From contig OZ024749.1 of NCBI GenBank assembly GCA_964016885.1, positions 33,976,001 through 34,040,000 of the forward strand: a DNA stretch of 64,000 bases. The letters run 5' to 3'. Below are positions 28,896 to 45,699 of the stretch, one piece after another (the first letter of the stretch is position 1; every line of letters begins with the position of its first letter). The notes under the pieces are model-generated. The model saw nothing but the letters and a program-made list of their open reading frames with translations. It was not told the DNA's origin and ran no database searches. Source of the stretch: Eledone cirrhosa (Eukaryota). The position numbers and the translations under genes were made by a program.

Positions 28896-28928
<33 letters not shown>

Positions 28929-28930
<2 letters not shown>

Positions 28931-29131
28931 CGGAGGAAATGTGGTAAGGAACCAGGTGGACCATAACGCACCAAAGTACTCAATACTTAGGGTAGTAGAG
29001 TGGGTAATAAGAACGAGTAGGACTCCGACGGCTGAGCTCAAGCCGTTTCGACGGCTAATTCTGGACATGGAGTCCAGAATTAGCCGTCGAAACGGCTTGA
29101 GCTCAGCCGTCGGGGTCCTACTCGTTCCTAT
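28929..29131 (-). mobile_element. Family D copy 2 (palindrome centred on the presumed HHR stem II)
   Basis: gacggctaattctggac-atgga-gtccagaattagccgtc flanked by tttc/gaaa; TA flanks. Confidence 0.8.
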
Positions 29132-29141
29132 ATATATATAG

Positions 29142-29217
<76 letters not shown>

Positions 29218-29237
29218 AGAGAGAGAGAGAGAGAGAG

Positions 29238-29286
29238 GCTTCTACAGGACTAGAACTGTTTCATTCGGGAGAAATCATCAGGAAGC
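29238..29286 (-). ncRNA. Type-I hammerhead ribozyme (family F)
   Basis: Minus strand gcttc-CTGATGA-tttc tccc gaat-GAAA-cag ttctagtc ctg-TA-gaagc; pLTR-like tail 29390-29480 is shared with 18912-18977. Confidence 0.78.
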
Positions 29287-29488
29287 AGCTGTCCAAGTAA
29301 ATATGGTGGTAGGAGAGGGTGGTGATTGGGATGGGTGGAGTCATTGGTGGATGGTTTTAAAGAAAAGGGAATTCTTTAAAAACTATATTTAGAAGCCTTT
29401 CTATATTAAATATCTATACTCCGCTTTGTATTGAGTACCTTACTTACTGTGGTTAACCCCGATTGAAACCGGGATAAACTTATGTATA

Positions 29489-29705
29489 TAGGCGTGTGGC
29501 TGAGTGGTTAGAGAATTGGATTCGCAATCGTAAGGTTGTGAGTTCGATTCCTGGACCAGGCGATGCGTTACGTCCTTGAGCAAGACACTTTATTTCACGT
29601 TGCTCCTTCTACCAGGAGTTGCGACCGATAGATAGTATTAGCAATTGGAAAGACTAACGGAAACATTGTTCCCTCGGTCCGATTTGACGAAAGTCGATCG
29701 TTCGT
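29489..29705 (+). mobile_element. tRNA-derived SINE family 3
   Basis: A/B boxes, 'gtccttgagcaagacactt' core, A-rich end; matches 11431-11650. Confidence 0.88.
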
Positions 29706-30028
29706 AAAAAAAAAATATATATATATATATATAGGATAACAAGGTATCGTTTAAGGTCATCCAGTTAGAGGCTGTGAGTACTCTGTGTTGAGGATAGTTT
29801 TAACGTACGGCGTTGTTTGATTCAACAAGAAGTTTTCTTAGTTAGGTGGCCAGTTTAAGAGACTACCCGTGCAGGTGGTTCTTGGAGAAATAATAGTAAA
29901 AGAATGAAGAATAACATGGTCGGCTGTACAAAAAGGGTTTATTTACAGTGTTAACAATATTTTCATTAATATATTTCGTTTCCACATCATATTTGCAAAC
30001 AATCTTCGAGGACACGTATTATAACTCC

Positions 30029-30071
<43 letters not shown>

Positions 30072-30139
30072 CGTGCGTGTGTGTGTGTGCGTGTGTGTGC
30101 GTGCGTGTGTGTGCGTGCGTGCGTGCGTGTGTGCGCGTG

Positions 30140-30459
30140 TTGATTGCTACTTCTTGTCAGAAGAGTGACATTCCTTCATTGAATATTCTACGAACATGTG
30201 CACTCAGATGACTTTTCAGACCAGTTTTTATTTTGCAAGCAGGTTCACAGAAGAGACACTTGACATGTCTGTCTCCTGGCAACGGCGCGCTCGGGTGTGT
30301 CTTTATGCATTCAACCATGTATGATCAGTCCACCAGCTGACTTGCAAATCAAGCCACATTCATAGAAAATGTATCGTGGAGTGCGTGGCGGTCAAACCAT
30401 GTCAGAAGTGGTTCGATTTGTCTCTGGCTCGTGTGACTTCAGAGGATTGACTACTACAA

Positions 30460-30495
<36 letters not shown>

Positions 30496-30995
30496 TCACT
30501 ACTACTATCACTGCTACTGCTACTACTACTACTACTACTACCACTATTACCACTACTACTATCACTGCTACTGCTACTACTACTACTACTACCACTACCA
30601 CTACTACTACTACTACTACCACTACTATCACTACTACTATCACTGCTACTGCTACTACTACTACTACTACTACTATCACTACTACTATCACTGCTACTGC
30701 TACTACTACTACTACTACTACTATCACTGCAACTGCTACTACTACTACTACAGCTCTTGATACAAAATGTCGGCCACATACATTGCACTTTCATACAATT
30801 CTTACTATATTTTTGTAGGCATTGTACTTGGGTCTCGCTTACAGAGCTTCAAAGCAGCATGTTCCGCTCACTCTTTCTCAAAAACATCACAACCTGACAG
30901 CATCATTATCTTCAAACCGGTCGCTGTGTTTTATCTCATGGGCAAATACATCAGCCACACCACTATAAAACTGTGTTTCAAACTGATCCCATTTT
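30140..30995 (-). mobile_element. RTE/BovB-like LINE 3' end with C2H2-type fingers, interrupted by an (ACT)n run at 30449-30751
   Basis: Minus peptides KCNVCGRHFVSRA..[repeat]..VNPLKSH, ECGLICKSAGGLIIH, KCLFCEPACKIKTGLKSHLSAH. Confidence 0.65.
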
Positions 30996-31194
30996 AACAC
31001 GATGTCAAATACATCATATATTCATATTAAGTGTTTGAACTTTAATATAAACATATATATATATAGTTTATATATATATATATCTCTATATATATATATA
31101 TGTGTGTGTATGTATGTATGTAAAAGGTAAACAGAAATAATAACACAATTGGTACAGTATATGGAAGGGATATATTAGGTTAACGCTATAGTTT

Positions 31195-31256
<62 letters not shown>

Positions 31257-31357
31257 TATACACACATGTTACGTGTATGAACTTTAATGTGAACTTTATA
31301 TATTTATAATATAATGTACTTATAATGCATCCGAAAATTGGAACGAATGCAGAAATG

Positions 31358-31435
<78 letters not shown>

Positions 31436-31803
31436 TTACCATTACTGTATTCTTTCCAATTTTCAGTATAAGTACATTATGTTATAAATATATAATAATT
31501 ATATATATATGTACGTATGTATATATGTATATATATATTTGTGTATGTGAGTATGTATGTGGCTGTGTGTGTGTGTGTGTGTGCGTGTGTGTGTGCACGC
31601 ATGTGTGCCTGTGTCCGTATGTGTGTATGTAACATTCTAAACATACCTGTATATACATATATACAGACAGACAGACAGACTCTACACTCATACACACAAA
31701 CATTCACATATTATATTTAAAAGGTAAACAGAAATAACAACACAATCGGTACAGTATATGGAAGGAATATATTAGGTTAACGCTTGATATGACAGGAAGA
31801 GGG

Positions 31804-31839
31804 TCTTAACGTTTCGGACGCTAGTCCTTCCTCAGAAGA
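31804..31839 (-). ncRNA. Minimal type-I hammerhead, PLE-type
   Basis: Minus strand tctt-CTGAGGA-a-ggac tagc gtcc-GAAA-cg-TT-aaga; its tail 31718-31784 is duplicated at 31121-31186. Confidence 0.75.
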
Positions 31840-31848
31840 AAGAATGAG

Positions 31849-31894
<46 letters not shown>

Positions 31895-31952
31895 TATATA
31901 TATATTTACATATATATATATATTTACAGATATATATATATATATATTTACA

Positions 31953-31989
<37 letters not shown>

Positions 31990-31993
31990 TTAC

Positions 31994-32041
<48 letters not shown>

Positions 32042-32045
32042 TTAC

Positions 32046-32081
<36 letters not shown>

Positions 32082-32288
32082 TTACATATATATATTTACA
32101 TATATATATATATATATATATATTTACATATACATATATATATATTTACATGTACATATATATATATATATTTACATATATATATATATTTACATATATA
32201 TATATATTTACATATATATATATATTTACATATACATATATATTTACATATATATACATATATATATATTTACATATACATATATATT

Positions 32289-32321
<33 letters not shown>

Positions 32322-32349
32322 ATATACATATATATATATATATATTTAC

Positions 32350-32385
<36 letters not shown>

Positions 32386-32451
32386 ATATACATATATATA
32401 TATATATATATATTTACATATACATATATATATATATATATATATATTTAC

Positions 32452-32525
<74 letters not shown>

Positions 32526-32978
32526 GTACTGAAGGGGTATGTAAAGCATTTTCCTCTGGAAGTCAGTCACATGCCTGTGATTTAATATTTATACTTGTGT
32601 ACCTACTTCATATTTCTCTCCATGCACCTGGCAGTTACAACATTCATTACAGCCTGCCTCACCATTGTTGTTGCTTTCTTTCTTTTTCTTTGTTTGCTTG
32701 TTGTTTTTCTTCCTTCATTTTTCTTTCTTTCTTTCCTATCTTTACATCTGGCTTTGTTTTTTGATATTTTGAACTTTTTTTTTTTCTGGTGGTTTTTTTG
32801 TTTTTGTTGTTGTTTGTAATGTGTAGTTTAATGTTTCGTCTTATCTAGAACAGCTAATGTTCTCACATTAACAGGCATAGATTAGCTCTTGCATCAATGG
32901 GGAAACTACATCCAGCGTAAGATAGAGTCTTCTGGTAGAATATATATAAATATATATAATAATAATAAAATATGTAAT

Positions 32979-33010
<32 letters not shown>

Positions 33011-33017
33011 AAAGATG

Positions 33018-33059
<42 letters not shown>

Positions 33060-33060
33060 G

Positions 33061-33106
<46 letters not shown>

Positions 33107-33107
33107 G

Positions 33108-33168
<61 letters not shown>

Positions 33169-33390
33169 CGACATATATATATATATATATATACACATAT
33201 CTGTATACATATGTATACACGTATACATATATGTATACATATATATATATGTATTCATATATATATGTATACATATATATATGTATACATATATAAAAAT
33301 ATATATACATATATATATATGTATACATATATAAAAATATATATACATATATATATATGTGTGTGTATGAGTAAGTGTATATGTAACACA

Positions 33391-33497
<107 letters not shown>

Positions 33498-33891
33498 TCA
33501 TACAATACATACAAATGTATATATAAATATGTTTGACAGTCGTCATATTTCTATTCCTATCTCATCATCTGTTGTAGAAAATGGCGCAGTTAGACGTATT
33601 CCGTTAATGCCTATCGCCATTTTATCTCCAATGATATGCTTTAGCGCCACAAATTACAACATTTAGAACGGCTGCGTAACTGCCTACAAACTATTAAGTT
33701 TCTGCTGTGGTACAGCAGTACAGATATACACATGTGTATATATACATTTATATATACATACATACAGATATATATATATATATGTGTATATGTAGATTAA
33801 TATATGCATACATACAGATATATACATGCGTATATGTAGATTTATATATAGATACATACATATATATATGTGTGTATATGTACGTTCATAT

Positions 33892-33923
<32 letters not shown>

Positions 33924-34211
33924 GTGTGTATATGTAGATTTATATATACATACATACAGATATATACATGCGTATATGTAGATTTATATATAGATACATA
34001 CATATATATATGTGTGTGTATATGTACATTTATATATACATACATATATATATATATGTGTGTATATGTAGATTTATATATGCATACATACAGATATATA
34101 CATGTGTATATGTAGATTTATATATACATACATACAGATATATATATGTGTATATGTAGATTTATATATGCATACATACAGATATATACATGTGTATATG
34201 TAGATTTATAT

Positions 34212-34263
<52 letters not shown>

Positions 34264-34553
34264 ATATGTAGATTTATATATATATACATACAGATATATA
34301 CATGCGTATATCTAGATTTATATATACATACATACACATATATATGTGTATATGTAGATTTATATATGCATACATATAGATATATACATGTGTATATGTA
34401 GATTTATATATACATACATATATATATATATAAATGTGTGTATATATACATTTATATATCCATGTGTATATGTACATTTATATATATGTAGATTTATATA
34501 TACATACATACATATATTTACATGTGTATATGTACATTTATATATCCATACAT

Positions 34554-34624
<71 letters not shown>

Positions 34625-34841
34625 AGGAGGTGAGTTTTATTGTAGTACAATAAAGCAATGCAGATATCGGATAAGAAGCACTCTACAGTTTGTAGGACTG
34701 GAGTATACATAATATATAAGAAGAAAAGATGGTTGTTTTTGAAATGCGAAAACCAACCAAACAAAAGATGGTTGTTTTTGAAATGCGCATAATAAAATAC
34801 ATGGAACTCTTTTAACCATCTTTTGTTCTTATATATTATAT

Positions 34842-34872
<31 letters not shown>

Positions 34873-35004
34873 AATATATATATAAATATATATATATAAA
34901 TATATATAAAAATATATATATATATATTTATATATATATATATTTATATATAAATATATATATAAATATATATATATATATATTTATATATATTTATATA
35001 TATT

Positions 35005-35050
<46 letters not shown>

Positions 35051-35054
35051 TAAA

Positions 35055-35085
<31 letters not shown>

Positions 35086-35655
35086 GATGTCTGAATACAT
35101 TCATATAACGTAGTGTGCCACGCACTAATAGATTGCTATGAATTAATAGCAATTAATAAGATGGCCGCAGCAGTAAAATGTGGAATTCAACGATCACAGA
35201 GAATTTCATGTGAACTTCCTGCAAATATATATTCAGTTTAGCTGCTATAGGAATAACACAACACTAATAGTATGAGTGTGTAAATCTGTATGTGTGTATG
35301 TGTGTGGAAGATGCGTGTTTTTGAAGTGCTTACGTATGTCATACATAGTTTATATATATATATGGGTGTGTGTGTGTATTTATATATATATGTATACATA
35401 TGTATATATATATATATATATATACATATGTATATATATATATATATATATACACATATATACATATATACACACATATATATATATATGTATACATATA
35501 TAAATATATATATATGTATACATATATACACATATATATATATGCATATATACACACATATATATATATATACATATATACATATATATATATATACACA
35601 TATATACATATATACACATATATACATATATAAACATATATACATAGATATATAC

Positions 35656-35702
<47 letters not shown>

Positions 35703-35896
35703 ACTATATACAAATATATGTATACATATATATGTATGAATGTATATATATATGTATATATATATATATACATATATATGTATGAATGTATATATATATC
35801 TATATATATATATATACATATATATATGTATGAATGTATATATATATCTATATATATATATATACATATATATATGTATGAATGTATATATATATG

Positions 35897-35934
<38 letters not shown>

Positions 35935-35940
35935 TATGTG

Positions 35941-35972
<32 letters not shown>

Positions 35973-35982
35973 TATATGTATG

Positions 35983-36052
<70 letters not shown>

Positions 36053-36093
36053 CATATATATATACATATATATATGTATATATACATATATAC

Positions 36094-36134
<41 letters not shown>

Positions 36135-36136
36135 TT

Positions 36137-36292
36137 TAGAAGATCCCGTTAAGGGTGAAAGCAGCGATTCTTTGCTTAAACTTTAATCTGTTATTTTAAT
36201 AAATATTTGCTCTACGGTTCTTATATATTTGATATATATTTATCCTTATCGAGCCCTCTTTGGATTTTAGTCTTCAAATTTATTATTATTAC

Positions 36293-36295
<3 letters not shown>
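36137..36295 (+). mobile_element. Family E pLTR fragment, 5'-truncated inside the HHR core (duplicate at 38521-38680)
   Basis: Begins agaagatcccgttaagggtGAAA...; same tail as 23545-23665. Confidence 0.75.
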
Positions 36296-36364
<69 letters not shown>

Positions 36365-36614
36365 AGTATATATATACATATATATGTATGAATGTATATA
36401 TATATATATAAATATACGTATGAATGTATATATATATATACATATATATATATGTATATATACATATGTATATATATATATACATATATATATATGTATA
36501 TATATATACATATATATATATGTATATATATATATACATATATATATACGTATGAATGTATATATATATATATATACGTATGAATGTATATATATATATA
36601 CATATATATATATG

Positions 36615-36660
<46 letters not shown>

Positions 36661-36682
36661 CATATGTATATATGTATGAATG

Positions 36683-36718
<36 letters not shown>

Positions 36719-36848
36719 CATATATATATATGTATGAATGTATATATATATATGTATATATATATATACATATATCTATAAGTATGAATGTATATATATA
36801 TACATATATATATAAGTATGAATGTATATATATATATGAATGTATATA

Positions 36849-36879
<31 letters not shown>

Positions 36880-36918
36880 GAATGTATATATATATGTATA
36901 TATATATATATATGAATG

Positions 36919-36961
<43 letters not shown>

Positions 36962-36981
36962 GTAATATGTATATATATATG

Positions 36982-37016
<35 letters not shown>

Positions 37017-37113
37017 GTATATATATATGTATATATATGTATATATATATGTATATATATATATATGTATATATATATGTATATATATATATGTATATAT
37101 GTATATATATATG

Positions 37114-37164
<51 letters not shown>

Positions 37165-37187
37165 GTATATATATATGTATATATATG

Positions 37188-37236
<49 letters not shown>

Positions 37237-37399
37237 GTATATATGTATATATATACATATATGTGTGTGTGTGTGTATAATTTGAAATATAGGTAGATCA
37301 ATAGACATTCGTAGATAGGTAAACAGACAGATAGGTAGACAAATATATATATCTATATATATATATATATAGATATATATATATATATATATATATAGA

Positions 37400-37687
37400 T
37401 ATATTTCTTTATTTACCATAAAGGCATAAAAAGAAGGGACAAATACAAAGGGGGAGTTTACATATAATCGAGTAAAAAGGGTGTAACATGAAAATAATCG
37501 AAAATAACCTCAAAAGGGAGGGGACGTGATGGGGGTTGCACACACCCCCGAAAATTGTGCAATCCTTTGCCCGGGGAGCACATGGAGAAGGTGCTCCCCT
37601 CTCCTTTACTTCTTTACCTACATATAGATAGATAGATAGATAGATAGATTTCTTTATTAGCCACAAGGGCGCAACAAGAAAGGGGAT

Positions 37688-37690
<3 letters not shown>
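37400..37690 (-). mobile_element. Two non-LTR retrotransposon 3'UTR tips ending in AATAAAGAAA inside microsatellites (duplicated at 39783-40075)
   Basis: Minus strand '...ggtaaataaagaaat' and '...gtggctaataaagaaatctatct'; L1/Tx1-like assignment is inferred. Confidence 0.4.
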
Positions 37691-37739
<49 letters not shown>

Positions 37740-37880
37740 CTTATGTAAAAAGGTCTAAAGACAATTCAAATAAAACCATACAAGTACGAATTTAACGTAT
37801 GAACAATTTTAGTAGATATCACTTTCAACCTCTACTCTACATGTCCACACATACATACATACACATCTATATCCCTCTCG

Positions 37881-37974
<94 letters not shown>

Positions 37975-38001
37975 TATATATATATATATATATATATATA
38001 C

Positions 38002-38056
<55 letters not shown>

Positions 38057-38233
38057 ATCTAAATGTGTATGTATATATGTATATTTATATATATGTATGT
38101 ATATCTAAATGTATATATATATATGTATGTATATATATATATATGTATGTATATATGTATGTATGTATATTTATATGTATATATGTATATATGTATATAT
38201 ATATATGTGTATATATATATGTATATATATATG

Positions 38234-38264
<31 letters not shown>

Positions 38265-38281
38265 GTGTGTATATATATATG

Positions 38282-38319
<38 letters not shown>

Positions 38320-38325
38320 TATGTG

Positions 38326-38366
<41 letters not shown>

Positions 38367-38371
38367 GTATG

Positions 38372-38441
<70 letters not shown>

Positions 38442-38482
38442 CATATATATATACATATATATATGTATATATACATATATAC

Positions 38483-38519
<37 letters not shown>

Positions 38520-38677
38520 TTTAGAAGATCCCGTTAAGGGTGAAAGCAGCGATTCTTTGCTTAAACTTTAATCTGTTATTTTAATAAATATTTGCTCTAC
38601 GGTTCTTATATATTTGATATATATTTATCCTTATCGAGCCCTCTTTGGATTTTAGTCTTCAAATTTATTATTATTAC

Positions 38678-38747
<70 letters not shown>

Positions 38748-38997
38748 AGTATATATATACATATATATGTATGAATGTATATATATATATATAAATATAC
38801 GTATGAATGTATATATATATATACATATATATATATGTATATATACATATGTATATATATATATACATATATATATATGTATATATATATACATATATAT
38901 ATATGTATATATATATATACATATATATATACGTATGAATGTATATATATATATATATACGTATGAATGTATATATATATATACATATATATATATG

Positions 38998-39043
<46 letters not shown>

Positions 39044-39065
39044 CATATGTATATATGTATGAATG

Positions 39066-39101
<36 letters not shown>

Positions 39102-39231
39102 CATATATATATATGTATGAATGTATATATATATATGTATATATATATATACATATATCTATAAGTATGAATGTATATATATATACATATATATATAAGT
39201 ATGAATGTATATATATATATGAATGTATATA

Positions 39232-39262
<31 letters not shown>

Positions 39263-39301
39263 GAATGTATATATATATGTATATATATATATATATGAAT
39301 G

Positions 39302-39344
<43 letters not shown>

Positions 39345-39364
39345 GTAATATGTATATATATATG

Positions 39365-39399
<35 letters not shown>

Positions 39400-39496
39400 G
39401 TATATATATATGTATATATATGTATATATATATGTATATATATATATATGTATATATATATGTATATATATATATGTATATATGTATATATATATG

Positions 39497-39547
<51 letters not shown>

Positions 39548-39570
39548 GTATATATATATGTATATATATG

Positions 39571-39619
<49 letters not shown>

Positions 39620-40070
39620 GTATATATGTATATATATACATATATGTGTGTGTGTGTGTATAATTTGAAATATAGGTAGATCAATAGACATTCGTAGATA
39701 GGTAAACAGACAGATAGGTAGACAAATATATATATCTATATATATATATATATAGATATATATATATATATATATATATAGATATATTTCTTTATTTACC
39801 ATAAAGGCATAAAAAGAAGGGACAAATACAAAGGGGGAGTTTACATATAATCGAGTAAAAAGGGTGTAACATGAAAATAATCGAAAATAACCTCAAAAGG
39901 GAGGGGACGTGATGGGGGTTGCACACACCCCCGAAAATTGTGCAATCCTTTGCCCGGGGAGCACATGGAGAAGGTGCTCCCCTCTCCTTTACTTCTTTAC
40001 CTACATATAGATAGATAGATAGATAGATAGATTTCTTTATTAGCCACAAGGGCGCAACAAGAAAGGGGAT

Positions 40071-40118
<48 letters not shown>

Positions 40119-40259
40119 CTTATGTAAAAAGGTCTAAAGACAATTCAAATAAAACCATACAAGTACGAATTTAACGTATGAACAATTTTAGTAGATATCA
40201 CTTTCAACCTCTACTCTACATGTCCACACATACATACATACACATCTATATCCCTCTCG

Positions 40260-40355
<96 letters not shown>

Positions 40356-40382
40356 TATATATATATATATATATATATATAC

Positions 40383-40437
<55 letters not shown>

Positions 40438-40614
40438 ATCTAAATGTGTATGTATATATGTATATTTATATATATGTATGTATATCTAAATGTATATATA
40501 TATATGTATGTATATATATATATATGTATGTATATATGTATGTATGTATATTTATATGTATATATGTATATATGTATATATATATATGTGTATATATATA
40601 TGTATATATATATG

Positions 40615-40645
<31 letters not shown>

Positions 40646-40698
40646 GTGTGTATATATATATGTATATATATATATATGTATATATATGTATATATATG

Positions 40699-40734
<36 letters not shown>

Positions 40735-40858
40735 TGTATGTATATATATATGTATATATATGTATACTTATATATATGTATATATATACACACATAAATA
40801 TATATATGTGTATATATATATATACATATATATATATATACATGTATATATATCTATG

Positions 40859-40905
<47 letters not shown>

Positions 40906-41035
40906 GTATGTATGTATATATGTATATTTATATATATGTATACTTATATATATGTACATATATATACACATACATAAATATATATGTGTATATATATATA
41001 TATGTATATATATATATGTATATACATAAATATAT

Positions 41036-41089
<54 letters not shown>

Positions 41090-41138
41090 ATCTATGTATT
41101 ACAGACACACACACTCACACACACATGTATATATATAC

Positions 41139-41178
<40 letters not shown>

Positions 41179-41545
41179 CAATATATATATGATCGTTTTT
41201 CTAGAATTTAAATAAATACTGATTCGTTCAACCTGCCTTATAACTTTTCTTTCTATTTTTTATTTTGTCTTTTTTTGTGTTTTTTTTTTTTGGCAAATAT
41301 AAACACATTGGCAATCTGAAAGAGGGAGGTATATCACTGTTATAAAGTAGAAAGTATAAAATACACAAAACAAGTTGAATTGATTTAAGACTATCCCAGG
41401 TACACCATATAATGTTATGAATACGCCTTAACGTTCAGTAGAAAGCTGTCTTTCGTAAACATTTATATATTATCAGTTGGTTCGGTTTTAATGGCTAATC
41501 CTACTATCATGTCCTTATTTCCACTGTGACTTCTAAACATCTGTA

Positions 41546-41770
41546 AAGGTGCATGGCTTAGTGGTTAGAGAGTTTGATTCGCAATCGTGAGGTTGCGAGT
41601 TCAATTCTCGGATTGGGTGATGTGTTGTGTCCTCGAGCAAGACACTTTATTTCACATTGCTCCTTCTGCCAGGAGTTGCGACCGGTAGACAGTATTAGCA
41701 ATGGAAAGACCAATGGAAACATTGTTTCCTAGGTCTGATTTGACGAGGTCCACTCCACTCGGCAAGTGGA
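41546..41770 (+). mobile_element. tRNA-derived SINE family 3 (older copy)
   Basis: Colinear with 29489-29705. Confidence 0.8.
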
Positions 41771-43637
41771 TGAGGTCTGGTATCTTGTCGAACGTTTCCT
41801 CCTAAGTTGTGATACTTTAACACTTAGTAATATGCTTCCTGGGGGACTGCCTAGTTAGATACATGGTAGCGCCGATCCTGTATATAACTACACCAAAATA
41901 TTTGTCTGTTGTTAATACCCCTCATACCCCAAGCTGCCTGTAGAAGAAATAGTTTGGGTTTGAAGTATTTGAGGTATTTAGGTATAACTTCTGTGTGTCT
42001 ATATATGTATGTGTGTGTGTATGCATGTGTGTGAGTGTGGGTTTCTGGACTGTTTACGTATGTGTTCCGTAATTTAGCAGTTCGACCAAAAGAAAATAGA
42101 TAATATAACTACTGTGGTTGATTTAATCAACAAAATTCATTTAATAATATGCTCCAGCATGACCACAGTATGAAACTTAAAAAAAGTTAAAATATTCAAT
42201 CCGTTCATTATTTCTCGAACGAAAAATACAAATATCGAGGTTGACCATTTATTTTACCGTATACATCAGCTATATGCACATAATTAGTATTGAATATTTG
42301 AGCCATCAGCTGAATTGTAAAAAAAATATTCGCTTTCCACCTTTTATTTTGTTATTTCAAATTGAAGCAACATTTTAAGAATTCTTTTCCTCTACAGCTG
42401 TACAAAGAATTATGACAGTAGCACCATAATGTGTATTCTATGGTTGCGTGGAAAAGGAAAGATATCCTACAATTGGTGTATATATCTAAGCAAAGAAATT
42501 GTATGTATAGTTAAGATTCTCAAGTGGGTAGCGTAAACATTTGAAAAACGTTCGACATGGTGTGTACGGGAATAGCTTTAAGATTCATTTCTCTCCCACA
42601 TGTCTATCGTTTATAAACGAGGAATAAAGAAACATCACAGCTTGCTAGGAAGGTGCGTGTAAACAGAAAGTTCAATGTGTGAACCAATTCGATGTAGAAT
42701 CGTTAATACTTAAACACCCTATGAATTACTTTAACGGAGTAAAGCAATACCAACTCAGAATCGCTGAGAAACAGCATATCTCACCCCAGCATTTACGATT
42801 CACTGGATGTGATCTACCCCGTGAACTTTTACAGTGAAATAAATGTAACCCAACATAACTACTGTCCATATTTCCGTCAGTAGAGAGTACAAACCTTCCA
42901 AACACACGACATCCATTTTTCATGTCTAAACGGTAGGAATAAATCGTTTGCTTCTCCATAACATCCCAATCCCAGTCGATGCTAATATCTAGCCTGTGGC
43001 TATATTGTAATATATATATATATATTTTTTTTAGATTTTTATTGGTTTCCGTGGAATTGTCATTGCTGTCACAAAGAAGAACATGAGAAGCTGAATGAGT
43101 TGGGACCCAGAACCCAAGGAAACTTGAGTACCTGTTTATGTCACTCTTGTAATTATTTATACTAAATTTGTCCTCTGGACTGAGTGCTCTTACCCTTGGA
43201 TATTTCCACTTAACTTTTACTACAGTATATATATACATATATACATATACACATACACGCGGATACTTGCATATATATAAATATAATGTGCATGTGTAAA
43301 AATATATACATATATATATATATATATACATATACATAATGCACACAACACACACACGAATACAAATATATTTATATTTATAAATGTGTGTGTGGGGGAT
43401 GCGCGCGTTTGTATATATCATATTCTGAAAATTTAGTTTTCAATTTGAATAGTAAAGACAGTGATGAGTTAGAAATATTTTAAGCTGTCTTTATGTTGAA
43501 AACATGTATTAAAATATAGCAGAGTCATAACATAATTAATATTTATGGGAATGTGAAGAAAAAGTACTTCTGTTAAAACTGAGACATTCCTGCCTTGGAT
43601 ATGAAAGCAACAGGAATGGATGGCATAATTGAAAAAA

Positions 43638-43837
43638 NNNNNNNNNNNNNNNNNNNNNNNNNNNNNNNNNNNNNNNNNNNNNNNNNNNNNNNNNNNNNNN
43701 NNNNNNNNNNNNNNNNNNNNNNNNNNNNNNNNNNNNNNNNNNNNNNNNNNNNNNNNNNNNNNNNNNNNNNNNNNNNNNNNNNNNNNNNNNNNNNNNNNNN
43801 NNNNNNNNNNNNNNNNNNNNNNNNNNNNNNNNNNNNN
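43638..43837. other. Assembly gap (200 N)
   Basis: Run of n. Confidence 0.99.
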
Positions 43838-44205
43838 TATAAATATATATATAATATATATATATATTATATATATATATATAATATATATATATAAAAT
43901 ATATATATAATATATATATATATAATATATATATATATATAAATATAATATATAAAATATATATATATAATATATAATAATATATATATATATAATATAT
44001 ATATTATATATATATATATATATTATATATATATATATATAAAATATATATATATATATAATATATATATAAAATATATATATAAAATATATATATATAA
44101 TATATATATATAAAATATATATATAAAATATATATATATAAAATATATATATAATATTTATATATATAATATATATATATAATATATATATATAATATAT
44201 ATAAT

Positions 44206-44239
<34 letters not shown>

Positions 44240-44271
44240 ATATATATATATAATATATATATATATAATAT

Positions 44272-44313
<42 letters not shown>

Positions 44314-44342
44314 TATATATATATAAAATATATATATAATAT

Positions 44343-44374
<32 letters not shown>

Positions 44375-44452
44375 ATATATATATATAATATATATATAAT
44401 ATATATATATATATAATATATATAATATATATATAATATATAATATATAATA

Positions 44453-44493
<41 letters not shown>

Positions 44494-44495
44494 TA

Positions 44496-44526
<31 letters not shown>

Positions 44527-44591
44527 AATATATACATATATAATATATATATATAGTATATATATATATAATATATATATATATAATATAT

Positions 44592-44636
<45 letters not shown>

Positions 44637-44761
44637 ATATATTTATAATATATATAATACATAAATATATATAATATATATATATATAATATAATACATA
44701 TATATATATATATATAGTATATATATATATAATATTATATAATATATTATATATATATATA

Positions 44762-44803
<42 letters not shown>

Positions 44804-44846
44804 ATATATTTATAATATATATAATACATATATTATATATAATATA

Positions 44847-44877
<31 letters not shown>

Positions 44878-45416
44878 ATATTATAATATATATATATATG
44901 TAATATATATATATATATAATATATATATATAATATATATATATATATAATATATATATATATAATATATATATATAATATATATATATAAATATATATA
45001 TATATAATATATATATAAAATATATATATAAAATATATATATAATACATATATATATATATAAAATATATATATATATAATATATATATATAATATATAA
45101 TATATATAATATATATATATATAAATATATATATATAATATATATATATAATATATATATATATAATATATATATATATAATATATATATATATAATATA
45201 TATATATAATATATATATATAATATATATAATATATATATATAATATATATAATATATTTATATAATATATATATATAATATATATATAAATATATAATA
45301 TATATAATATATATATATATATAATATATATAATATATATATATAATATATATATATAATTATATATATATAAAATATATACATGCGTGTGTGTTGCTGC
45401 GAATGTATATATCTGT

Positions 45417-45504
<88 letters not shown>

Positions 45505-45699
45505 TCTGTGGAGGTAGTTGTATGTGTGTGCTGATAGATGTATATATATATATATATATATATTATATTCCTGTGTCTGTTCGAGTGTACGGCTGCTGGT
45601 TCTCTACAACACTACACACTTAATTAGGTAATACCAAAATAACTGCTCTCCTATACTAGTTATCTTCAATTTCCATTTTCTGTAACACTAAACTGTTTA

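Larger units (their letters stand above)
35890..40670. repeat. ~2.38-kb direct tandem duplication
   Basis: 36137->38521, 37280->39663, 37799->40178; even the irregular TA interruptions are reproduced. Confidence 0.92.

Noticed and set aside
32520-32940. Structured island with tgtagttt/aaactaca and GAAAc on the minus strand
   Set aside because: Possibly another pLTR, but I could not assemble a consistent HHR core.
42726-43421. 231-aa minus-strand ORF in unique sequence
   Set aside because: Partly microsatellite-derived with no recognisable domain; could be UTR or intron but is unsupported as CDS.
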